DNA from: Candidatus Heimdallarchaeota archaeon B3_Heim
Lineage (GTDB): Archaea > Asgardarchaeota > Heimdallarchaeia > Hodarchaeales > Hodarchaeaceae
NCBI GenBank assembly: GCA_003144275.1
Contig: NJBF01000017.1
Span: 30,001-62,000, forward strand
DNA: 32,000 nucleotides
Direction of reading: 5' to 3'
Shown: positions 17,692 through 26,580 of the stretch, piece by piece
Position numbering within the stretch: the first letter of the stretch is position 1
Layout of the letters: the number at the start of each line of letters is the position of its first letter
Program-made: the position numbers and the translations under genes
Notes under the pieces: model-generated
Databases searched by the model: none
What the model was told of the DNA's origin: nothing
The model's input: only the letters and a program-made list of their open reading frames with translations

Positions 17692-19860
17692 CTAAACTCC
17701 AGAAAATCGTTTTCTTACTAGAAAAATACTTGCGATTAATAGAAGAAGGACGATTCCAAATCCAACATTGACATCTACCAAAGTTACAGTACCAATCCTG
17801 AGATTCTCTGATTTAGATTCTATAAAAAACCCATATTCACAAATAGCAAGGACTTTCAGAGAATAAATTCCTTTAGGAAAGAACTCCACATCCCATTCAA
17901 AAGAATTACCAAGTAATCCACTTTGTAACACCACCCAATTGTCGGTTATTGATGCTTCTTGATATAAAATAGCAAATCTGACAATATGATACAGTATATC
18001 GCTAGGGTGTGTCCAAGAGATATCTACACTATTAGAAGGCTTATTATAGTCAAGAATCACCGTAAGACTATCATTTATATGATTAGGAGCAGGTTGTGGA
18101 TTAAAATCGTCATTTTGTGCATTACCAGCTATTCTATAAATTGTGGAATTAGAAAACCAATAATTTGAATCGAAATAATTAGCTTCGCCTTTATCGGAAG
18201 CTTGAGAATCTCCATTGTCATTGTTAAAAATAAAATCATTATCATAAACCTCAATATTGGAGGTATCTTGCTCAAGATCTAGAGCATATGAACCTTGGTA
18301 TGAGAAACAATTTCTATCAATTATTAGATCTTTTGATTTCTGAATCGAAAGGCCTCTTTCACTATTGGCATAAAACGTATTATATGCAAATCCTGAACCG
18401 TTTGAATTATCAACAAAAACTCCTTCTTTTAAATTCTGTCTTATCACATTCCTAACGATCCAATTAGTCCCACTATCTCTAAGGATTATCCCAGTTTCTG
18501 AATCTAATACTGTGTTGTTGATAATAACATTTTCACTAGAATTGTCAATTTCTATCCCTGCAAAACCATTAAAATGAATAGTGTTGGTATCAATGTCATT
18601 ATAATCTGAATCAGTAATAGATATGCCATCATTTTGGTGATCAATTATATGATTCTTAATTATCCCAAGATCGAACGAATTATGAACTTTTATCCCATTG
18701 AATGAGGATTGAATTGTACTATACATTACCTGAATGTTTGTACAATCCCTTAGATAAATCCCCGTAACAGCTGAATCTGTAATGAATGAACTATTAATCT
18801 GAATATTCCTCGAATTATCAATAAAGATTCCATTGTTCCCTCCTATAAGAGTACAATTTGAAATTAATATAAATAATGATGTATCTGAGATCTGGATTGC
18901 TGTACCATATCCTATTGGGAAATTATTTGATATAAATAGATCCTCAATTACAAAAGGATCATCGGATGTGCCATTACCTTCCCAATCCATTACATCTGCA
19001 GTTTGTCTTAAACCTGCATTACTCCTAATTACAATTGGTGTTTGAACGATATCAAATTCTGTGTACCTGTAAACTTTTGTGGTGTATGCATTAGATACAA
19101 AATCCAACATATCGAAGGATTGTGAAAAAACCTCGATTTTCGAGATTGTAAATGTGGAATTTCTGTGATAGGAATAAAAAAGGTTTAAATTAAAATCGAA
19201 GGATATTTGATGAGACCCCAGCTGTAATATTTCATAGCGTGTTTCGTGGTAGCTTTGGATAGTCCATTGCGATATAAGGGTAACTTCGAAGTAGTATTCA
19301 CTAATTATCTTCACTTCAATATCAAAAGTAATCCTAATCATATCAAATTTTCCATCTTGATTTGTATCTACTCCTTGATCTGAAAAATTTCCTTTTATCC
19401 ATACATCAGGTGTATCAAAATCGGAATAAAAGTAAAAATTTGTTATGGTATAATGTTCATTAGAAAATACAAGACCTTCTTGTGAATCGACTATATCAAT
19501 ACTTACAATGAGCGGTATATCAAGACGATGACTGTAAAAATAAGGGGTATGAATTTGAAGTTGGACATAGGATAAATTTACATCAAGATCGTATGCAGCT
19601 ATACCGTTATATGCATATATCCCAGTGGAAAGAGAAACATAGAATGTATACTCATCAGAAACTAATACATTTACTAATAGAGTTACATTTATTGTATCGA
19701 ACTTAGAATCCCCATTACTATCAAAACCAGTATCCCAGAATCCTTCTATAGTTAGAGAATCTGAAGAAGAGGATGCTATGGTAGCCTGACTCGTATTTAA
19801 ATTCGATACTAAGATAATAAAGCATATCAGAAGAACGATTCTGTTGTTTTTCACCCTCAT
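17692..19860 (-). CDS. Secreted, C-terminally anchored surface protein: two DxDxDG-like Ig-type repeats, right-handed beta-helix (NosD/pectin-lyase-like), FN3-like C-domain
   Basis: Signal peptide MRVKNNRIVLLICFIILVS (ATG 19860; ORF track starts at GTG 19881). DSNGDSKFD and DTNQDGKFD repeats; GNGTSDDPFVI; N/I/G-rich helix repeats (GIFIDNS, GIYLRDC, GISITDS); C-terminal TM plus RKR. Confidence 0.8.
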   Translation of the reverse strand: MRVKNNRIVLLICFIILVSNLNTSQATIASSSSDSLTIEGFWDTGFDSNGDSKFDTINVTLLVNVLVSDEYTFYVSLSTGIYAYNGIAAYDLDVNLSYVQLQIHTPYFYSHRLDIPLIVSIDIVDSQEGLVFSNEHYTITNFYFYSDFDTPDVWIKGNFSDQGVDTNQDGKFDMIRITFDIEVKIISEYYFEVTLISQWTIQSYHETRYEILQLGSHQISFDFNLNLFYSYHRNSTFTISKIEVFSQSFDMLDFVSNAYTTKVYRYTEFDIVQTPIVIRSNAGLRQTADVMDWEGNGTSDDPFVIEDLFISNNFPIGYGTAIQISDTSLFILISNCTLIGGNNGIFIDNSRNIQINSSFITDSAVTGIYLRDCTNIQVMYSTIQSSFNGIKVHNSFDLGIIKNHIIDHQNDGISITDSDYNDIDTNTIHFNGFAGIEIDNSSENVIINNTVLDSETGIILRDSGTNWIVRNVIRQNLKEGVFVDNSNGSGFAYNTFYANSERGLSIQKSKDLIIDRNCFSYQGSYALDLEQDTSNIEVYDNDFIFNNDNGDSQASDKGEANYFDSNYWFSNSTIYRIAGNAQNDDFNPQPAPNHINDSLTVILDYNKPSNSVDISWTHPSDILYHIVRFAILYQEASITDNWVVLQSGLLGNSFEWDVEFFPKGIYSLKVLAICEYGFFIESKSENLRIGTVTLVDVNVGFGIVLLLLIASIFLVRKRFSGV

Positions 19861-20019
19861 ATAGCTCTTTTCTTTAACCACTAAGTTGATAACTTGAATA
19901 TTGATAATAGTATAACTCTTTTCCGATCATTCTACTAGATTAAAACGGACAAACACTTGAAAATCACTAAATAGATCTTTTAATACTAATTGAAAGACTC
20001 CTATTTCGTATGAGATTCT

Positions 20020-20565
20020 TTATTGGTTTTTAAAAAATCTCCATTCAGACTTTAGTAAGTCCATTACAATAGAGTCTACATAGGAACCATCTTTGAGGTA
20101 AGCTTCACGAAGGTTCCCACTCACTTTGAACCCCACTTTTTCATAACAGCGTTGGGCTTGAGGATGATCTGCGAACAATTCTAATTCTATGGAATGAAGA
20201 TTTAAAACATCAAAAGCATACTCAATAATCAGGCGCATTGATTCTGTTCCAAATCCTCTATTCCAGTATTCCGTGTTAAAAATTACGATACCCAAACTTC
20301 CTCGCTTGGATATTTGATCTTTTATTTCTAATTCTAAATGTCCAATGTAGAGATTATTCTCTTTATGAATGATACCAAAAATGTGACCTTTTCCCTCGCT
20401 TCTAATTTTCCACCCATATTTAATCCATTCAACTTCCTCTTCCCTAGATTGAGGAGTTTTATTTAAAATGTTTCTTCGATGCTCTGGGTTATTCCAGTGC
20501 TTCATTAGCTCATCTACATCAGTTAATTCAAGGCCACGCAAAATGATATTTGGTCCTTCTAGCAT
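20020..20565 (-). CDS. GNAT N-acetyltransferase, RimJ/RimL family
   Basis: IILRGL, YWNRGFGTE, AFDVLNLHSIEL, AQRCYEKVGF, GNLREA, YVDSIVMDLLKSEW. Confidence 0.92.
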   Translation of the reverse strand: MLEGPNIILRGLELTDVDELMKHWNNPEHRRNILNKTPQSREEEVEWIKYGWKIRSEGKGHIFGIIHKENNLYIGHLELEIKDQISKRGSLGIVIFNTEYWNRGFGTESMRLIIEYAFDVLNLHSIELELFADHPQAQRCYEKVGFKVSGNLREAYLKDGSYVDSIVMDLLKSEWRFFKNQ

Positions 20566-20582
20566 TTTGAGTCACTATTTTA

Positions 20583-21482
20583 CTAAGGTGTTAATTGATC
20601 AAGAGTTTGTTGCAACTCTTGTGGAGAATAGTTACATAAATTGCGGAGATATCTTTGAAATGACCTATCCTTGCGTAAATCTTCAGAAATTTGATTAATT
20701 GGCCTTTTATATTTCCTCTCAATGATTTTGAAGAATTGCTGCTCTTGTTCAAGCATTTGCTCATTGATAGCTGTCATGACTCGTGTAGCAATCTTTTTCG
20801 CTGTGGGGAAAAACTCAGGATCGTCTTCTTTCCATCCCCCTTCCATTTCATATTCTTCAAAGGATAAAGGATCCCCGAATGACACAGAGATATATGCCTT
20901 GTATCGTGGTAAGAAACCCCCACGAGATAATGCTGCTCCTGCTCCATGAATGAACATGGGAACTACAGGCAGTTTTCCGTTCATCAACAATATAACGCGG
21001 CCTATACCACTACGTGGCTCTTTTGGTAAATTAAAATAATCATCCACTGGTGATTTACCAACACGCTTTCCCTGTGGAGACATGAAAATAGCTTTACCTT
21101 CTTTTAAGGTTTTCACTGCGAACCTTAATGCAGGACTCGGGTTATCATGAAAAACAGGGAATCCACCCGCCCAAGAAAGTTGACGGTATAACCAATTCTC
21201 TTTCATCACATATCCATTTCCCATAAATGAAACAAATCTGCGAGTTCCATAAGGTTCAGCAATTGCTCCTCCTACTATTAAGGCATCCAAATTTGATTGA
21301 TGATTACTGCAAAAGGCGGCGGGAGTGCCTTCTGGAAAACTATTCCCGATTTCTTTGTCATGAATGACAAATCGGAAATAATGGTGGATAAACCAGGGAA
21401 TGGCCTTGAATATGATGAGATATCGCGCTCTTTGAAAAAAAGACCAGTGTTTTCTTGCTATTTTGGGAGTGGTGGCTGTCAT
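20583..21482 (-). CDS. plsC: PlsC-family (lysophospholipid) acyltransferase
   Basis: Motif I CSNHQSNLD (HxxxxD), GGFPV, motif III variant MSPQGKR, LPVVPMFIHG, ISVSFGDPL. The symbol denotes family only. Confidence 0.8.
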   Translation of the reverse strand: MTATTPKIARKHWSFFQRARYLIIFKAIPWFIHHYFRFVIHDKEIGNSFPEGTPAAFCSNHQSNLDALIVGGAIAEPYGTRRFVSFMGNGYVMKENWLYRQLSWAGGFPVFHDNPSPALRFAVKTLKEGKAIFMSPQGKRVGKSPVDDYFNLPKEPRSGIGRVILLMNGKLPVVPMFIHGAGAALSRGGFLPRYKAYISVSFGDPLSFEEYEMEGGWKEDDPEFFPTAKKIATRVMTAINEQMLEQEQQFFKIIERKYKRPINQISEDLRKDRSFQRYLRNLCNYSPQELQQTLDQLTP

Positions 21483-21506
21483 GGAAATCCCTTTTTGAAG
21501 TGAGAG

Positions 21507-21530
21507 GACTACTTTTTGACTACTTTATAT
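21507..21530 (-). promoter_or_regulatory. Tandem GACTACTTT direct repeats beside a TATA-like element upstream of the acyltransferase
   Basis: GACTACTTT at 21507-21515 and 21518-21526 (11-bp period); minus-strand ATATAAA at 21524-21530. Confidence 0.3.
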
Positions 21531-21631
21531 CAGTAAGGCAGTGAAATTCCCTCATTGTCTGGAAATCTAGGATTCCATGTTTTTTTGTTTGTCCAAATAG
21601 ATATTGATCCTCGAAGTCCTCTCTTACATCC

Positions 21632-22135
21632 TCATCTATGTAGCCCGCCATCTAACGAATTTACTTGTTCAATGATCATTTGTGAAATTATTCGTAAATA
21701 CTCCTGATCCACCTCATCAAACACTCCCACTTGATTAGAATCAATATCAATCTGACCTATGATTTTATCACCATCTTCGATAAGAACCACGATTTCTGAT
21801 CGTGTTCCCACTGAACAAGCTAAATAATTCGCCTCCTCTCTTACGTCTTGTACAATCTTATCAGTTCTTTCTGCCACTGCAGAGCCACAAACACCCTTAC
21901 CTACTGGAATTTTGACATGATCCGTCTCAAGCCCTATATAATAATCAAGATTCAATTCTTGTTCAATATAATCTAATAAATATATGCCTGTCCAATCATA
22001 ATACGGTATAGTAGCGAGTTCGGTAATTATCACTTTGTATATTTCAGAGGGGCCAGTATTTTCATTTGATTCAAATGTTTGACTTAAATTTTTGATTATC
22101 TTCGTGTATATCGCTTTTTTTTCTATTGGGTCCAA
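21632..22135 (-). CDS. msrC: Stand-alone GAF protein, free methionine-R-sulfoxide reductase (fRMsr)-like
   Basis: DWTGIY, IPVGKGVCG, YLACSVGTRSEIVV, GQIDIDS. Confidence 0.8.
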   Translation of the reverse strand: MDPIEKKAIYTKIIKNLSQTFESNENTGPSEIYKVIITELATIPYYDWTGIYLLDYIEQELNLDYYIGLETDHVKIPVGKGVCGSAVAERTDKIVQDVREEANYLACSVGTRSEIVVLIEDGDKIIGQIDIDSNQVGVFDEVDQEYLRIISQMIIEQVNSLDGGLHR

Positions 22136-22332
22136 GTTTCCAGCACTTCCGCTTGGGTGGGGGAGAATTCACAACACAAATCATTGTGGTTGATGATCAT
22201 TAATGAGACAAACTATATGTTGATATTAATTATTTTCCTATCTTTCATTCATAATCCTTTGATGGATTCTCTAATTAACTCAAACAATCAATAACTACTC
22301 TAAATACCATATCATCATCTTTCGGGATAGCT

Positions 22333-23511
22333 ATGACTAACAACACCTCCTTCAAGCAAATTTTTAAAGTCAATTCTACACCAGTATATTGGCTTGAGAC
22401 TGTAGAAGAAGTTGCTCTCCTAGGGGATATCTTGAAGAAGGATTCTATAAAAGTACTAGCCATTGATCAAGAACGAGCCCCTTACAATAAATATTACCAT
22501 CAAATTCCATGTTTACTACAAATTGCTACACAAGACTTGATCGCATTTATCGATCTCTTAAATGACCGTAATATATCTGAGCCTATTAGAAATATCTTGG
22601 AGGATCCATCAATTAATAAGATCTTCTTTGATGCCCCCTGGGATTTATATTATTTCCGTGAATATATGAATATGGAAATAACAGGAATAAAAGATATCCA
22701 AGTTGCTTCGTCATTACTATATCCTACCATTGGTACCGCCAGTTTAATTTCACTAGTAAAAGATGAATATGATATTGATATCAAGAAATCGAAAAAGCAA
22801 CAGAAAAGTGATTGGACCAAACGTCCTTTAAAAAATCAACAAATAGAATACGCAAGTAATGAAATTGCGTGGTTCATACCAGTATACGAAGCTCTAATTA
22901 ATAAACTACGCCAGAAGGATTTATTTCCCTTTTTTCAGTATGGGAATGGAAGAATTCCCCTGGAAGTTCCACATCCGGAATACCTACCTATGAATATTCG
23001 CCGAATCAAAGGATATGATACGTTATCCAACAAAGAAAAACATAAATTGATCCAATTAGGGATTATTCGTGATCATTTGGCACAAGAGTGGAATCGCCCT
23101 GTGTTTCACGTGCTTACAAATCAACAGTTGTTGAATCTGTCCAGAAAGGGCACTAGATTGCAAATGGTTCTTACACCCAGACAAAGATTCTCAAAAAAAG
23201 CAGTAAATCAGATTACTCGAGTAATAGAAGCCACTTATCCCGATACACCACTTGAGACAACTGATGCTAATTCAAAAAATACTCCCCAACTAAAACAACT
23301 ATTGCTTAACTGGCGATATAACGCAAGTAAAAAGCATAAAATACCTAAGAGATTTATTATCAGTGCGAATGAGATTGAAGAGTTTAATGAACAAGTCTTC
23401 ACCTCAGAAGACGATCTATTAAAGACACTATGGTTTATAGAATGTCAAAAACCCAAGTGTAAGCTCTTTACCTCTGATCTACAGGAGTATTTAAGATCCA
23501 ATAGTTCCTGA
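22333..23511 (+). CDS. rnd: RNase D-like DEDDy 3'-5' exonuclease with HRDC-type C-terminal domains
   Basis: AIDQE (ExoI), LLQIAT, KIFFDAPWDL (ExoII), DIQVA, QKSDWTKRPL, EYASNEI (ExoIII), RDHLAQEWNRPVFHVL, WRYNASKKHKIPKRFII. Confidence 0.85.
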   Translation: MTNNTSFKQIFKVNSTPVYWLETVEEVALLGDILKKDSIKVLAIDQERAPYNKYYHQIPCLLQIATQDLIAFIDLLNDRNISEPIRNILEDPSINKIFFDAPWDLYYFREYMNMEITGIKDIQVASSLLYPTIGTASLISLVKDEYDIDIKKSKKQQKSDWTKRPLKNQQIEYASNEIAWFIPVYEALINKLRQKDLFPFFQYGNGRIPLEVPHPEYLPMNIRRIKGYDTLSNKEKHKLIQLGIIRDHLAQEWNRPVFHVLTNQQLLNLSRKGTRLQMVLTPRQRFSKKAVNQITRVIEATYPDTPLETTDANSKNTPQLKQLLLNWRYNASKKHKIPKRFIISANEIEEFNEQVFTSEDDLLKTLWFIECQKPKCKLFTSDLQEYLRSNSS

Positions 23512-23671
23512 TATATTCTTAACAAAATCTCAGAAAAGAAATCTCCTTTTTATGATTTTTCTGGGTACTTACTTATCCAGTAAAGAGATTTCTCATCTCT
23601 ATAGATGCCGCATTCTTATATTCTTTATATGTAGAGAATTCATTGTTAATCAGTTCTAGGTTGGTATGTAA

Positions 23672-24160
23672 ATGGAAGTTAATATGTCAGATACAGGTAC
23701 TAATTTAGTAAAACTTTTAGTTCGGGGAATGGTTGGTTTATTAGTGCTCTGGGTCATGCTCCTCCTCGGTGTTACAGGATTTTCTTTGGCATTAGCAGGA
23801 GGTTTAGTAACAGCTCTAAGCTGGATTCCGATTGTTTATCCCGAATTAGCGCAATTAAGCGTTTATATTGATGGAGTCTATGTTTTGGTAGACCCAGCAG
23901 TTATAGTAGTACTACTGATTTTCATAGGCGTTGCCCTTCTTACTCTTGGTTTTGCATTTATTGCATTAACTGTGACGATTGGTAAAAAAGCAGTGGTGTG
24001 GGATAAAAAGATTATTGTTTATATGAGCCAAACTTTCGTACCCTCTTCAAATAATCGATTGGTACAATTGGAACGTCTTGCTACCTTATATGATAAGGGA
24101 TTTATCTCAGAAGAGGAATTTCAACAAGAAAAAGCAAATTTAATTTCCCAATCAAAGTGA
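23672..24160 (+). CDS. Small membrane protein with C-terminal SHOCT domain
   Basis: Two to three TM helices, then QLERLATLYDKGFISEEEFQQEKANL. Confidence 0.75.
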   Translation: MEVNMSDTGTNLVKLLVRGMVGLLVLWVMLLLGVTGFSLALAGGLVTALSWIPIVYPELAQLSVYIDGVYVLVDPAVIVVLLIFIGVALLTLGFAFIALTVTIGKKAVVWDKKIIVYMSQTFVPSSNNRLVQLERLATLYDKGFISEEEFQQEKANLISQSK

Positions 24161-24165
24161 TTATA

Positions 24166-24744
24166 CTAATAAATAGCATTTAAGACTTTTGAACGTGTAC
24201 CTGCAACAGAAATCTTGATTAACGATCGGACGTCTATGTCTGTTTCGTTTTTTACTTTTTTAATTCCATTATATTCAATTTTCTCTGCTAACACAAGGAC
24301 ATCGATAATTTCAGCCTCAATCTTCTTCAATGTCTTAATAATTCCTACCATTGTCCCTCCAGTGCTTATGATATCATCGATGATGATTACACGATCATTT
24401 TTTTCAATTCCACTTAAGTAGAGGGTTCCCTCCTTCACATATTCGCATGAAAATATTTCAGAAACTTGAGTTGCGAGTTGGTTTGGAACCCAACGTACCA
24501 TTCCAAAGGGGATACCCGTCTGTAAAGCAATTGCAGCTAAAAGGATTCCTCCCTTATCTTCTTCTGTTAATAATTTATCACATTCATTGGTGATTTCACC
24601 GCTTATCCATTCAGCCGCTAACTGTAATAATTGAGGGGAAGTAGCGGGAACCTGTTCAGTTAGGGAGTTTAGTATGAATTTATGTCCATCGACCTCGAAT
24701 AACGGCTGATCATCAAAATTATCACACACTGGGGCAAATCTCAT
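24166..24744 (-). CDS. Type I purine phosphoribosyltransferase (archaeal Hpt/Apt-like)
   Basis: PRPP-binding motif VIIIDDIISTGGT; EEDKGG; NSLTEQVP. Confidence 0.85.
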   Translation of the reverse strand: MRFAPVCDNFDDQPLFEVDGHKFILNSLTEQVPATSPQLLQLAAEWISGEITNECDKLLTEEDKGGILLAAIALQTGIPFGMVRWVPNQLATQVSEIFSCEYVKEGTLYLSGIEKNDRVIIIDDIISTGGTMVGIIKTLKKIEAEIIDVLVLAEKIEYNGIKKVKNETDIDVRSLIKISVAGTRSKVLNAIY

Positions 24745-24821
24745 ATCTTTTCAGCTCTATTGTGTATTTATACTATAAGAAGCTACTGTCATGGTTAATT
24801 CTAAACTAAATTGGTGTAAAA

Positions 24822-25175
24822 ATGTCAAAAATAAAAGAATTTAATGAATTTAGAATGAAAATGAATGAAGTCATTTTAAGTAAAAAGAATCAGGGTATCA
24901 ATCGGTTTTTTGCTCTAGATACCCGTGTTTATGAGGAAGGAGCTCTTGAACCGAAAATCAAGGAACTTCTCGGACTTGTGGGATCGATGGTTTTACGGTG
25001 TAATGATTGTATCACCTATCACATCTTAGAATGTTACAAACACGGAGTTACTGAACAAGAATTTCTCGAAGCTTTTAATGTTGCTCTAATAGTTGGTGGA
25101 TCAATAGTTATTCCTCATTTACGGGTGGCAATGGAAATATTAGAAGAATGCCTACAAATGGGTTACTCTGATTAA
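24822..25175 (+). CDS. Carboxymuconolactone decarboxylase/AhpD-like protein
   Basis: GALEPKIKELLGL, RCNDCITYH (CxxC), EFLEAFNVALIVGGS. Confidence 0.85.
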   Translation: MSKIKEFNEFRMKMNEVILSKKNQGINRFFALDTRVYEEGALEPKIKELLGLVGSMVLRCNDCITYHILECYKHGVTEQEFLEAFNVALIVGGSIVIPHLRVAMEILEECLQMGYSD

Positions 25176-25300
25176 TGATTTTACAAAATTCATTTGAATT
25201 CAACAAGTTATCCAAAGCTGCTAAGTATCTTATTAATTGTAAGCTTAGTGTCACTATATTACAGGAAAAGGAAAATTAGATAGGAAATACGTACTTACCA

Positions 25301-25882
25301 TCAACCAAAATATTCTGGTTCATTCCCTTCTTTCCATTTGATATTGCACCCTATACTGGGAATTTGGACTTTTGGGGGTTCTTTACCATCTAATAATACT
25401 TCTAAAGCTTTTTTTAGATCTTCTCCGGTAACTGGTTTGTTACTCTTTGGACGACTCGCATCAAACTGACCTCGATAGTATAATTTCAGATCTCCATCAA
25501 ATAAAAAGAAATCTGGGGTACAGGCGGCTTTGTAGCTCTTCGCTACTTCTTGTGATTCATCGTAACAGTAGGGAAATTGCCATCCCTTTTCTTCAGCAAG
25601 CTCCTTCATGTGTTCTGGAGCATCCACGGGATAAGAATCAATATCATTTGCACTTATTGCAATAAAAGATACGCCCCGTGAATTATACCCTTCATATACT
25701 GCTTTAAAATGATCTCGTATGTGAATAACGTATGGACAATGATTGCTGATAAAAAACACTACCGTAGCATTAGTACCACGAGCTTTATCTAAAGACAAAT
25801 CTTGATCATCAATAGTATTTGGCAATGTAAATTCGGGAGCCTTCGTCCCTAAAGGTAACATTTGAGATTCAACAGAAACCAT
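25301..25882 (-). CDS. Thioredoxin-fold AhpC/TSA-like redoxin (Prx-like family)
   Basis: LGTKAPEFTL, SNHCPYV, AISAND, ACTPDFFLFD, YRGQFD, SIGCNIKW. Confidence 0.88.
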   Translation of the reverse strand: MVSVESQMLPLGTKAPEFTLPNTIDDQDLSLDKARGTNATVVFFISNHCPYVIHIRDHFKAVYEGYNSRGVSFIAISANDIDSYPVDAPEHMKELAEEKGWQFPYCYDESQEVAKSYKAACTPDFFLFDGDLKLYYRGQFDASRPKSNKPVTGEDLKKALEVLLDGKEPPKVQIPSIGCNIKWKEGNEPEYFG

Positions 25883-26017
25883 ATTTTTCTACCAATTTCT
25901 CGCTATTAAGTCTGTAAATTAAGTATATTCTTCTGAAAAGTGTAGCCTGAATTTTCCAGTTTATCCCACAAAATATCTTAATATGAATAATTCCTATCTG
26001 CTGGGAACGAATAGCCA

Positions 26018-26551
26018 ATGGAACACAGCTGTAAATGCACTCAAAAGATAGTAGCGCTCGATGTTGAGAGTGTACTTGCTGATATCCACTCTGCTTGGAT
26101 CACTCAGTACAAGAAAAAGTTTACCATAAAAGATATTACGGATTGGGATTTTATAAGTTTAAAAAGATGGAATGAGACATTAAAAACGTTTTTGGAGGAA
26201 ACCGATAATCTCTGGGAAAAATTCCCTGAAAAAATTCCTCCTACTGTTCCGAATCTCAAAGAAGTTACCAGACATCTTAAACCCTTTGATATTGTTACAT
26301 CTAGACGAACCCTTGGTGGAATTATCAAATGGGTTGAGTATCATCAGTTAGAGTATAGAGCGATAGTTTATGTTCCCGATAATAAGGCAGATTTAGATTA
26401 TTGCATGTACATTGATGACAATCCGAAATTGGCAACGAAATTAAAAGATAATCAATTTTTATGGCTGATTTCACAACCGTATAATCTACAAGTTCATGAA
26501 TCATCACAGATACAGAGAGTTAATTCAATTATTGAAACAGTCTCTCAATAG
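26018..26551 (+). CDS. HAD-superfamily 5'(3')-deoxyribonucleotidase-like protein
   Basis: ALDVESVLAD (motif I variant), IVTSR, YIDDNP. Confidence 0.7.
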   Translation: MEHSCKCTQKIVALDVESVLADIHSAWITQYKKKFTIKDITDWDFISLKRWNETLKTFLEETDNLWEKFPEKIPPTVPNLKEVTRHLKPFDIVTSRRTLGGIIKWVEYHQLEYRAIVYVPDNKADLDYCMYIDDNPKLATKLKDNQFLWLISQPYNLQVHESSQIQRVNSIIETVSQ

Positions 26552-26580
26552 GTTTAAATTTTCACATCAATTCTCAATCG

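Noticed and set aside
17404-20019. Surface-protein gene as a mobile element
   Set aside because: No transposase, integrase, terminal inverted repeats or short target duplication seen; only the diverged GNAT remnant flanks it.
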